From Euglena gracilis (lineage: Eukaryota): a DNA stretch of 64,000 nt. The DNA lies in assembly GCA_039621445.1 (NCBI GenBank), contig CP154954.1:37247703-37311702 (forward strand), written 5' to 3'. Position numbers and translations under genes: made by a program. Below are positions 12,727 through 21,791 of this stretch, piece after piece. Below the pieces are notes generated by a model, which was not told the DNA's origin, ran no database searches, and saw only the letters and a program-made list of their open reading frames with translations. Each line of letters starts with the position of its first letter. Positions within the stretch are counted from its first letter, which is position 1.

Positions 12727-13210
12727 CAGTCCCTAGCCGTAAATTGTCCCCCCCCCGAAAATTTTCCCCCCCCTGAAATTTGGGAATTTTCCTGGTTTTG
12801 CAAAAGGCTCCGAAACGGGCGAAAACTTTCCCCCCCCCCTTCAGCCAGAGGAACAGCTAAGGCAGGTGGGTTGGGACTTTTTTTTTGTACATGCAAGGGC
12901 AGCACAGCTTCACCACTTGCATGGCCCCTGGGTCGAGGAGTTGGCATCCTTTGGGTTTTTTTGTCCATTGAACCATCCCCGGCATGTATCTATCAATAAG
13001 ACCCACCGCCCTGAACAGAGGCGTTCGGGAATTTACCATAACAACCCCACAACATACGGCAAATGAATTCCGAATCCCGGTCGGCTTCATGGCTTCAAAG
13101 AATAGAAGGGACGGGACAAAGTGCCCGAAACGGCCGAAAATTTCCCCCCCCCCTGGTCAAGAGCCCAAAAAACCCTCCCTGGGGGGGGGGAAATTTACGG
13201 CTAGGGACTG
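12727..13210. mobile_element. Tc1/mariner-like MITE inserted at the TA of a TTAGGG repeat
   Basis: TIR CAGTCCCTAGCCGTAAATT / AATTTACGGCTAGGGACTG; TA TSD at 12725-12726 and 13211-13212. Confidence 0.85.
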
Positions 13211-13931
13211 TAGGGACATGGTTAGGGTTAGGGATAGGGTCAAGAATGGGGTTAGGGATAGGGCGTTCCGCAACCGCACCTGTGGGTGGCTATGCGTGTG
13301 GCTCCACAAACTCTCCAGACCTGTGCCGACACCAGACGTAGCTTCTGATCCTGTTTTGTGCTTTCCCTGTCCATCAGTGACCCAAAGTAGGCCAAAAATA
13401 GGTGTGGATCGACCTGTTTTGCCGTGAATCGACTAACAGACAAATACTGTCAAATAAGAGGGGGGGGGTAGTAATTTGGAAGGGAAGGACGGGAATGGAA
13501 TGGAAGGCAGCAGGTTGGTGCCGTTTGGTTTTATTTCCATGTGATTTGGGGTTATTTTGAAGGGATGGGGTTTGGTGAAAATGGCCCTGTCGCACCTTGG
13601 CCCCCACAAAGGGTGTTCACACAAACGGGCAGAAAGCCACCAGCACCTGGGCCCTTTTTCCAGGGTTATTTTGAAGGGCCCAAGTGCAAAAAAAGGCAGG
13701 AGGACAAAGGGAAAGGAAGATGCCAACTGTAACAGATGAGCACCCCCCATTGACCCCCTCCTGCTGAATATTATATAACGTATATGGCCACCTGCCCCCC
13801 CCCAAAAAACAATGGCCATGCGGCCAAAAATCAAAATAAATGACCATCGATGGAGGGCCATGGTGGAAAAAAATCCCATGTATTAAGGGTTTCAGCAAGA
13901 CAGTCAACTGGCACAGGCAAGGAACATACAC

Positions 13932-14039
13932 CCGTCCAAGCCTCAAGATGCCTTTAGTAATTGGGATATGACGAGGGATCCCAGGATCAGTATTTGCTTG
14001 ATCTACTAAATTCAGCTCAGCAAAGTCATCCTCTGACAT
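13932..14039 (-). CDS. FHA-domain protein, exon 1 (MSEDDFAELNLVDQANTDPGIPRHIPITKGILRLGR)
   Basis: Ends in the FHA xxGR motif followed by GTGTAT; ATG preceded by TTCTTCCCAG-CC, a likely trans-splice acceptor; 1-nt phase discrepancy with exon 2. Confidence 0.7.
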
Positions 14040-14122
14040 GGCTGGGAAGAATTTTTGGTTGGCAGGCTTTTGTGGAAAGAAACTCGCGATATTTTTGTTT
14101 TGATTCTTAATTCTAGATTATT

Positions 14123-14699
14123 GAGATGCGCCCAAACCGTGAGCAGCAAAGGCAATGACCTGGGGGTGATGCCGCCAAGGCTCCCGCCCCCAGCGAGCCT
14201 GGGCGAGTCTCCCTGCTCCTCCCCCCCCGAGGGCAGCTTCACCCCACCGACGCCCCCAAAGCACCAGCAGGCTGGCCCACACGTTAGCGGCGTTTTCGCT
14301 GGGCTGTGATCCGAGGAAGACGCCGCCAAGGATCTCTCCCTCGGTGAGCCCGGGCGGGCCTGTCCCTCCCCATGGTGCTGCCGCAGTCCCCACTGCTGGC
14401 CATCCCCCCTTCCCGCCCCCGAGATGCGCCCAAATCGTGAGCAGTGAAGGCAATGACCTGGGGGTGATGCCGCCAAGGCTCCCGCCCCCAGCGAGCCTGG
14501 GCGAGTCTCCCTGCTCCTCCCCCCCCGAGGGCAGCTTCACCCCACCGACGCCCCCAAAGCACCAGCAGGCTGGCCCACACGTTAGCGGCGTTTTCGCTGG
14601 GCTGTGATCCGAGGGAGACGCCGCCAAGGATCTCTCCCTCGGTGAGCCCGGGCGGGCCTGTCCCTCCCCATGGTGCTGCCGCAGTCCCCACTGCTGGCT
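14123..14699 (+). repeat. Two near-identical GC-rich units (period about 298 bp) in the E1 5' UTR
   Basis: 14123-14400 closely matches 14421-14699. Confidence 0.9.
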
Positions 14700-16117
14700 C
14701 GCCCCCCCCTCCCACCCCAAGGCGTGCCCAACCCCGTCCCCACCACAGCCCACCCAGCACCATTCACTTTCGGCCTCCAACCTCAATCGCCACGATCCCG
14801 AGCTGCCTTTCGTCCCCTTCTCCCGTCCTCTTTTGTCCCCTTTCCATCCCCTCCCTGGCTTTCCCTCCATGGTTCCACATTTGCGATCCAGGTCTTCAAC
14901 TATCCTCATTGCATTCACAAAGTTCATGGGTGCGGGACCTCTGCAAGGATGGAGATATCGAGTCAAATCCGGGGCCGACTTCACCTTCGGATCCTGGGGC
15001 AGCTTTCATGGCGGTGAATCAATCAGCTGCGGTCATCAACCTAGCGCCTCCACCACCGTCCGCCTCCTCCTCTGCTTCCGCACCGGCAGGACCAAACCAA
15101 CGGGCACGTAAGCGAAGAGCTGAGCGCGGTCCAGATTCCTCAGATTCCGAGGAAGAGGGCCCAGGCCTTTTCCATTGCCCGTTTCCCCACTGCTGCAAGT
15201 CCCTCCGACACAGCTTTCAGGGTTGGAACACAAAGCGGCTCGCCACAAACCATGTAGCAATGGTCCACGTCGCCGCAGGAGAGATGCCTTCGTCTGTTTG
15301 GCTTCGGGACGCACAACGCTGGGTGTGTGGACATTGCCTCAAGCTCCTCCCAGAAGGCAAACGGTGTGCAGGTGAGAATTGCTACCGAGTGCGACCGGAC
15401 TCCACCCCAACCCGTCTCCCTCCTGCAAGCCACCCACCACTAGCCCATGCAGCCGTGAGCTCATCCTCAAGCAACCGCATGCCTCCATCCACGCCATTGG
15501 ACGCACCGAATGCGCTTATGTCATCAGCAATTCACGAGATTCTGTCCACCACAAGGCCTCTGTTCCGGCACATCCCGCGTGCGGCTGTCACATTGTGGGG
15601 TGTGGCCTGGGCTGAGCTGCAACAGCGCCTCTGCTCTGAACGTTCGTGGGAGGCACTCCGAGACTGGGCCCTGTTCCAAAAGGTGACCCTCTGGTCGCCT
15701 CGAGGTGGCAAGGGCCACAAGGGACAAGCCGCCCAACTCATCAGATCACGAGTTGATCGCTTCAAGGCAGGAGACCTGGCTTCTTTGTGGGACGAGTTTC
15801 GCCAAGGCATCCCTCGGCCAGACCGCAAGAAGAAAAAAAGCACGGCATTTCCATCCCTGGAGGACAAAGTGGACAGGCTGCAGGAAGCCCCATTCCTGAA
15901 CACGCTGCGGGGCTTGATGGAAGATGGAGCATTTGGCAAGGCAGTGCGCCATCTCATGTCTGATGGGTTGCACGATCCGTTGGACCACAAGGTGCAGGCA
16001 AAGCTCAGAGACCTGCATCCCAGAAGGCCAGAAGTCATCGTGGCGGAGCCTGTCTCCAAAGTGTTTCCATTCCCGAAGGAGGAATCCTCTCAAGAGCAAC
16101 ATGACTTGAATAAGTAA
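14642..16117 (+). CDS. E1 ORF, N-terminal part: 2A peptide, C2H2 zinc finger, pre-RT region (frameshifted to next ORF)
   Basis: WVRDLCKDGDIESNPGP (core 14951-14977); CPFPHC...HVAMVH; WVCGHC; LRDLHP motif. Confidence 0.8.
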   Translation: MSPGGPVPPHGAAAVPTAGSPPPPTPRRAQPRPHHSPPSTIHFRPPTSIATIPSCLSSPSPVLFCPLSIPSLAFPPWFHICDPGLQLSSLHSQSSWVRDLCKDGDIESNPGPTSPSDPGAAFMAVNQSAAVINLAPPPPSASSSASAPAGPNQRARKRRAERGPDSSDSEEEGPGLFHCPFPHCCKSLRHSFQGWNTKRLATNHVAMVHVAAGEMPSSVWLRDAQRWVCGHCLKLLPEGKRCAGENCYRVRPDSTPTRLPPASHPPLAHAAVSSSSSNRMPPSTPLDAPNALMSSAIHEILSTTRPLFRHIPRAAVTLWGVAWAELQQRLCSERSWEALRDWALFQKVTLWSPRGGKGHKGQAAQLIRSRVDRFKAGDLASLWDEFRQGIPRPDRKKKKSTAFPSLEDKVDRLQEAPFLNTLRGLMEDGAFGKAVRHLMSDGLHDPLDHKVQAKLRDLHPRRPEVIVAEPVSKVFPFPKEESSQEQHDLNK

Positions 16118-16125
16118 GTTTCTCC

Positions 16126-18534
16126 GTGAGACGTTACTCTCTTTTCCAAGAGCAGCCGCAGCAGGCCCAGATGGACTCCGACCCCAACCTCCAGGACGTC
16201 GTGCGTGTGGACGCCGGTGCAGCGGCAATGGTGTTGGCAGCGCTGCGCACGTTCTCCAAAGCGGCCCTGGAAGGGTCACTGCCAGCACAAGCAATGCCAT
16301 TCATCTCATCGGCCAGCTTGATTCCATTGCGGAAGGACGGCCCCAGTGGCAGTCTGAACATTCGCCCCATTGCAGTGGGGAACACCCTCCGCCGCTTTGT
16401 GGGCAAGTTCGCCATGACCTCACCGTGTGTCAAGCAACGGGCATCAGAGCTGCACCCGCATCAATGCGGAGTCACCACCGAAGGAGCTTGTGAGACCATA
16501 GCCCAAGGGGTGCAATCATTTGCAGAACACGGCCAAGGAGACACATGGGCTATCCTGCAAGTGGACCTACAGAACGCGTTCAACGCAATTGACCGGCAAG
16601 CCCTCCTGAAAGCAGTCCGCAATCGGGCCCCAGAGCTTGAGGCATGGGCACGTTTGTCTTACGCACAGCATTCCGCCCTCTACAACCATGGACACCGTAT
16701 GACCAGTGAGCAAGGAGTGCAGCAAGGAGACCCTTTGGGTCCCCTCTTCTTTGCATTGGCGTGGCAAGATGTGGTCCTGGCGCTGCCCAAAGGTTTGAAG
16801 ATGAACGTGTGGTATCTGGATGATGGTCACCTCGTGGGTTCCATGGACACCTTGGCCGCAGCTTTGGCAACCATCAGCGTGAGTTCTGCACATCTGGGCG
16901 TGCATCTCAACCTCCAAAAATGTCGCCTGTGGGGTCCTGCACAGACACCGACATCGGATGGAAACCATTTCGATTTGTTGCGATCAATCCCCCGAGTACC
17001 TTGGATGCCAGACCATGGGCTGCGGGTCCTCGGCTTCCCAGTGGAACACCCGCTTTCAACATCCTTCCGCAAAGCCGAGATGCAAGGGGCAGTGGACAAG
17101 CTCCAAGAAGCATGCCACGTCCTCACCAACCTGGGAGATCCTCAGGTTGAGCATGTGCTCTTGCGTTACTGTCTTGATGCCTGCAAGGTGATGCATTTCC
17201 TACGTACCATGAACATGGACACCCTACAAGAGCCAATCCAAGCAGCGGCGCGGATCATCCGGAAGACATGGGATGACATCATGGGCCAGCCAGCTTCAAA
17301 TGATGCACAATGGACACAGTGTTCGCTCCCTCTACGCTTGGCCGGTCTCGGGGTGAAGGATCCCCTCGTCCTCCAAGCACCAGCCAGAATGGCAGGGATT
17401 CTATGTGCACAACAGCGGTCACAACCGTTGAGGTTTCCGCCCGAGGCTTGTGCCTTGCCCCCTGATTTCAAGAAGGTGGCTGTGGATCTGCGCGGCACAC
17501 TCGGCCCTCAGTTCGAGCCACTGCCAGATTGGATTGAGAAGAATCAACCATCGGACGTAGAAGAAGACCACAGAAGGCAACAGTGGTGGACAGACAAAGT
17601 GCACCAAGCAAGGAAAGAAGCTTTGAAGAACATCTTGCCACAACGAGACAAATGCCGCCTCCGACTACAATCGATGCCCCATACAACCGCCTGGCTCCAA
17701 ACGATACCAAACAAAGGCATGGGAACCAAAATCCCAGCAACAAAGTACCGCCTCCTCCTCCGATGGTGGCTCGGTGCCAAGGTCCTCCCGGGCTCGTCTG
17801 GTGCTCCTTGCCCCCTGTGTGGAGACTCCATGGATCCCTTTGGGGACCACCTGCTATGCTGCAAAAAGAACAAACTTGTGCAACGTCACAACGCTGTGCG
17901 GGACGCACTGGCAATGGTCCTCAGAGAGCATGGAGTGCACACCAAGACAGAGGTGGCTATCGGTGGGAAGAGGCGCCCAGCGGATGTGGCCCTGCAAGGG
18001 GTTGACCCTGTCGGGCCGTTGGCAGTCGACCTCGTAGTGTTCCACCCCCTCCGGAAGGATTTGTCGTGGGACGAGGACATTGCTTTAAGGAACATGGCAG
18101 CAATGGAACACAAGAAGGTCACAAAGAACCAACCTGTCTGTGAAGCCGCAGGATGGTTATTCAGCCCCCTGTCTTTCCATCCGTGGTCGGGCTTGGGCCC
18201 ATTGGGGTCTGGTCTCCTCGGCCGCTTGGTGAAGCAAGCCCTCGGTGACAAGCAAGGATGGGCAAGGCAGCACCAGGCCGCAGACATTTGGCAACGTATA
18301 TCCGCAACCTTGATGGCCTTTGTGGCTGAACAGCTTTCTGCCGCCGCTACAACCAGAGGGCATGAGGAATTACCTCCAACGGCCACGCCGCAAGAGACGC
18401 TGACGAGAACCAGGAGCATACAAGGAGCCACCGCAGTGGCGGCGGTGGACATGGAAGGATGGCAAAGAGTGCGCCAAGCCGAGGATGGGACCCTTGTCGG
18501 CCCCATTCGCATCCAGTGCACCCGCCCGAGGTGA
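16126..18534 (+). CDS. E1 reverse transcriptase plus restriction-like endonuclease
   Basis: IRPIAVG, DLQNAFN, GVQQGDPLGP, WYLDDG; CPLC..DHLLCC knuckle; RHN, RPADV, AVDL RLE motifs. Confidence 0.93.
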   Translation: MRRYSLFQEQPQQAQMDSDPNLQDVVRVDAGAAAMVLAALRTFSKAALEGSLPAQAMPFISSASLIPLRKDGPSGSLNIRPIAVGNTLRRFVGKFAMTSPCVKQRASELHPHQCGVTTEGACETIAQGVQSFAEHGQGDTWAILQVDLQNAFNAIDRQALLKAVRNRAPELEAWARLSYAQHSALYNHGHRMTSEQGVQQGDPLGPLFFALAWQDVVLALPKGLKMNVWYLDDGHLVGSMDTLAAALATISVSSAHLGVHLNLQKCRLWGPAQTPTSDGNHFDLLRSIPRVPWMPDHGLRVLGFPVEHPLSTSFRKAEMQGAVDKLQEACHVLTNLGDPQVEHVLLRYCLDACKVMHFLRTMNMDTLQEPIQAAARIIRKTWDDIMGQPASNDAQWTQCSLPLRLAGLGVKDPLVLQAPARMAGILCAQQRSQPLRFPPEACALPPDFKKVAVDLRGTLGPQFEPLPDWIEKNQPSDVEEDHRRQQWWTDKVHQARKEALKNILPQRDKCRLRLQSMPHTTAWLQTIPNKGMGTKIPATKYRLLLRWWLGAKVLPGSSGAPCPLCGDSMDPFGDHLLCCKKNKLVQRHNAVRDALAMVLREHGVHTKTEVAIGGKRRPADVALQGVDPVGPLAVDLVVFHPLRKDLSWDEDIALRNMAAMEHKKVTKNQPVCEAAGWLFSPLSFHPWSGLGPLGSGLLGRLVKQALGDKQGWARQHQAADIWQRISATLMAFVAEQLSAAATTRGHEELPPTATPQETLTRTRSIQGATAVAAVDMEGWQRVRQAEDGTLVGPIRIQCTRPR

Positions 18535-18760
18535 GACCCCTCGGAAGAGGACATGGTAGCACCATCTCCGACACAAAAAAAATAGAAAAGGGCCCACACC
18601 CCTCTGGGTAAGGCCATCGAGAATCGAAGTGAAAGCGCCCAAGTGACAGGCGGGTGCAACGGCTCGCGGTGACCCGTCCCGACGGCAAAGAACAGCACGC
18701 GGACACGGGCGACACGCCCGCACGGGCGACGCGCGGGCACGACACGCGCGAAACACGTGC

Positions 18761-18900
18761 GAGCCGTGCCGAGCCGTGCCGAGCCGTGCCGAGCCGTGCC
18801 GAGCCGTGCCGAGCCGTGCCGAGCCGTGCCGAGCCGTGCCGAGCCGTGCCGAGCCGTGCCGAGCCGTGCCGAGCCGTGCCGAGCCGTGCCGAGCCGTGCC
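18761..18900 (+). repeat. (GAGCCGTGCC)14 3' tail of E1
   Basis: 14 perfect 10-mer units directly before the TSD. Confidence 0.95.
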
Positions 18901-18915
18901 TTAATTCTAGATTAA

Positions 18916-18941
18916 ACTTTCTGAGTGTCTATTTTTTTTCG
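18916..18941 (+). ncRNA. Euglenid spliced-leader exon copy (26 nt) at the 5' end of E2
   Basis: ACTTTCTGAGTGTCTATTTTTTTTCG matches the Euglena SL exon as recalled; not followed by a GT donor. Confidence 0.9.
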
Positions 18942-19094
18942 TTCGCATATCATGTCGGACAAGTGAAAGCCCCTGGTGGGGTATGTTTTGAAGCCCGAAG
19001 ACATTGTTGGACAAAACCTCAGGTGTGAATTAGTGATCACTGTCAAGTACAAGTTCAAGCAAGATTCAAGTTCAAGAAGCTCGAGCAGTCCAAC

Positions 19095-21791
19095 TTGCTG
19101 TTGCAGATGCGTCACTGGGCCAGCAAGCAGGAGGGGAAGCAACAGCACCCCTCCAGCAGCTCCCAGAGCAGCGGGTGCAAAGCCACAGGCGACTCCAGCA
19201 GCAAGGGCAGAGCCAGAGGCCGCCCCAGCAGCAGGAGTATAGCCACAGGCAGCCCCAGCAGCCAAGTTGTACTGACCATGGCACCATGTCGATCATCGAC
19301 CTTTGTCAAGACATTGTTAAGACAGGGACTTCCATGCCACATCTTTGCCTTGTTGTTGTTGCATTCCCCAGGGGAAATGAAAACACATGGGACACTGGGT
19401 CTGTCAAAGTGGGGGATGTACCCCCTCCCCAGTCACATCTTTCCCATTGCATCTTCCCCAGTGACTCACAATTGCCTGTACAGTTCAAATCTGGTTGGGA
19501 AATCCCACCGACATTTGCGACCAGAAAAATCCCAGCAGAAGTGTATGTTTGCACTGTCAGCTGGGAAATGCCAGCGACATCAACATGACCATCAGTTGAA
19601 GGGGAAATCCCAGCAGCATTTGCAGCAGGGACATTACCATCAGTATTTGCTGCCTGAAAAGCCCCACCATCTGCCAGCAGAATGCCAGCACCACCTGCTG
19701 CAGGAAAAATCCCAGCAGCAGTTGCAACAGGAACAATCCCAACATGAAGCAACAAGCCCCCAATCAAGATCCAGCCCCAGGAGGCTGAGCCAAAGGGGAG
19801 AAATAAAACCACTGGGTCCAAAGTGGGTGATGTCCCCCCCACCCAGTCACACTGTTCCCTGTGCATCCTACATTGTCTTGGCAAATGCTCTTTGCCCTCA
19901 CCATGCGCAGGAGGACACCAGCAGCTGGCACCATTTTACAAACATTGAGCCAGAACCCAAGCTGCGTTCCGTTTTTCCGGCAGAAACCCAGCCACACTTC
20001 CGCGTCGGCTCACTTTCTTCTGCCGCACACGCGCCAAAAACCTTCCAAGAGCTCCCCAGGGCTGCATGCACTGCTCCTGGCGCAAAAAAGCCAGACAAGA
20101 AGCGTCGCTCGTCTTGTCTCTTCAGCGCAACACGGAGAAAAGCTACAGCAGCAATGCACCACTGCCGGTCGGGCAGAGGCGAGGACCTGCTGACGTTGGG
20201 CGACGTGGAGGAGAACCCAGGACCCGCCCCCTTGGGAGGTCCCGTGGCAGGAACCATGGATATTGACTTGTCCACGGACCCCACACGTGCGGTGGGATTC
20301 TTGTTAGCCACAACGCCGGTTCCCCCTTCCGCTCTAGGCCCACTTGAGGACACCTCGACGCAGGACGCCCGGGACCTTCAACAACTTCTGCAGACCCTCC
20401 TGAGCCGACCACCACCGGAAGCCGCTCTCCCCATAGATGGTCCAAGAGCCACGACTCGCGGCCCTTCACAGCCTTGGGTAATTTCCGATCGAGTACCCGG
20501 ACTGACGGGTAGAGGCGGGCTCCCCAGTTGCGGTGATGTTGAGGAAAACCCGGGCCCGAGAACGGGGTGGCCAAAAAGAGGCCGAAAACACAGCCGGCCG
20601 GCTCAAAACATTGATACCGTGGCTTGCTTGGGGCCAGAGATCTCGGTGGCCATTGACGTTGATGACGCGGCCCCTGCCCCGGCGGCGTCGTCCGCTCCTT
20701 TGCAGGGGGCGATGGACACCGATGGCCCCACTTTGCCTTTCGTGCCCGGATGCCGACGGGAAGGAACACCCCTTTCTCAGCCCTGCCCTTTGCTCGAGCC
20801 GACCTGGGATGCCATTTCGCATGACCTCAGGGGGACCATCGCTCACATCCCGCGGGGTGCGGTGCAGGCGGTGGCTCAAATGTACGCAATTCTACTGAGA
20901 GACTACAACCGGCGCCCCTCGTGGGAGTCGTTGCACGCGCTGTGGTGTATGCCGAAGGCGGTGCTGGCACCCTTGGCACGCGCCGGCAGAAACCATTGGG
21001 CACAACTAGGGAAAGCCATCGGAGCCAGGGCACGCGCCTATCTCCTGCAACCAGTCGCAACCTCTTGGCAGCAGTCACAAAAGCCGGCCGCAAACCCTGT
21101 TTCCTCGGTGTCCACACGCTCCGCCGCAAGCAGAGCGGAAGAGGTCCAGACGGAACGCTTCATCCGCCGGATGGAAACGTTGGTGGCCAGAGGGGCTGTG
21201 GGGAAGGCCTGCCAGTTGCTCCTCTCCGAAGGAGTGCAGGACGCGGCTCATCCCGCCGTGCGTGAGAGATTACGCCGGATGCACCCAACAGAGGCGGAAC
21301 CCGGAAGGGGATCCACTTCGAGGTGGAAACCACTATCACGCAGCGACGATGTGGGAGACGACCGCCGTATGGTGAAACATGCAGTGCGTAGCTTCGGCCC
21401 GGAGTCTGCAGCAGGCCCCTCAGGACTTCGGCCTGAGCACCTGAAGGCCTTGCTCAGCGACGAGGCCGGGGGCTCGGCAGAGGATGTCCTGGATGAGTTG
21501 ACGGAGTTTGTCTTCGGGTGCGTGCTTGGGGGAATCCCCAATGGGGCAGCACAAGTGATGTGTGCTGCACGCCTGACCCCCCTCCGAAAAACCAAAACCG
21601 GGACAGGGGCACCCACAGACCCCGTGGGCAAGACATCCCCAGAAGAGGAGGGCACTCGGCCCATCGCAGCTAGGGAAACCCTGCGCCGCCTGGTGGCGAA
21701 AGTTCTAATGCGCCACCCGGAGGTCCGTCGGTCCTGGCCACAGCCCTACCTCAGCAAATGGGAGTGGGCGTACCTGATGCATGCGCTCTGA
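19095..21791 (+). CDS. E2 ORF N-terminal part: Q/H-rich region, two 2A peptides, start of RT
   Basis: GRGEDLLTLGDVEENPGP (core 20199-20225); GRGGLPSCGDVEENPGP (core 20532-20558); SAAGPSGLRPEHL; TRPIAARETLRRL. Confidence 0.85.
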   Translation: MLLQMRHWASKQEGKQQHPSSSSQSSGCKATGDSSSKGRARGRPSSRSIATGSPSSQVVLTMAPCRSSTFVKTLLRQGLPCHIFALLLLHSPGEMKTHGTLGLSKWGMYPLPSHIFPIASSPVTHNCLYSSNLVGKSHRHLRPEKSQQKCMFALSAGKCQRHQHDHQLKGKSQQHLQQGHYHQYLLPEKPHHLPAECQHHLLQEKSQQQLQQEQSQHEATSPQSRSSPRRLSQRGEIKPLGPKWVMSPPPSHTVPCASYIVLANALCPHHAQEDTSSWHHFTNIEPEPKLRSVFPAETQPHFRVGSLSSAAHAPKTFQELPRAACTAPGAKKPDKKRRSSCLFSATRRKATAAMHHCRSGRGEDLLTLGDVEENPGPAPLGGPVAGTMDIDLSTDPTRAVGFLLATTPVPPSALGPLEDTSTQDARDLQQLLQTLLSRPPPEAALPIDGPRATTRGPSQPWVISDRVPGLTGRGGLPSCGDVEENPGPRTGWPKRGRKHSRPAQNIDTVACLGPEISVAIDVDDAAPAPAASSAPLQGAMDTDGPTLPFVPGCRREGTPLSQPCPLLEPTWDAISHDLRGTIAHIPRGAVQAVAQMYAILLRDYNRRPSWESLHALWCMPKAVLAPLARAGRNHWAQLGKAIGARARAYLLQPVATSWQQSQKPAANPVSSVSTRSAASRAEEVQTERFIRRMETLVARGAVGKACQLLLSEGVQDAAHPAVRERLRRMHPTEAEPGRGSTSRWKPLSRSDDVGDDRRMVKHAVRSFGPESAAGPSGLRPEHLKALLSDEAGGSAEDVLDELTEFVFGCVLGGIPNGAAQVMCAARLTPLRKTKTGTGAPTDPVGKTSPEEEGTRPIAARETLRRLVAKVLMRHPEVRRSWPQPYLSKWEWAYLMHAL

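Larger units (their letters stand above)
12390..13444. mobile_element. TIR element with TA flanks whose interior is degenerate telomeric (TTAGGG)n
   Basis: TTGTCTGTTAGTCGATCCACGGCA (12391-12414) and its inverse at about 13420-13443, one mismatch; TA on both sides. Confidence 0.7.
14121..18900 (+). mobile_element. E1: CRE-clade-like non-LTR retrotransposon (2A, zinc finger, RT, RLE)
   Basis: Flanked by direct repeat (C)TTAATTCTAGATTA at 14106-14120 and 18900-18914; tandem 5' repeats; RT and RLE motifs; tandem-repeat 3' tail. Confidence 0.92.

Noticed and set aside
12465-13263. True telomere
   Set aside because: Degenerate, internal and enclosed by TIRs within an intron
18916-18985. Hammerhead ribozyme formed by SL plus leader (CTGA...GAAA plus hairpin)
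   Set aside because: The core reads CUGAGUG rather than CUGANGA, the cleavage triplet is not conserved across the three copies, and stem I is missing
18964-19242. Programmed read-through of the uORF stop codon
   Set aside because: The frame stays open only in E2; it closes quickly in E3 and E4
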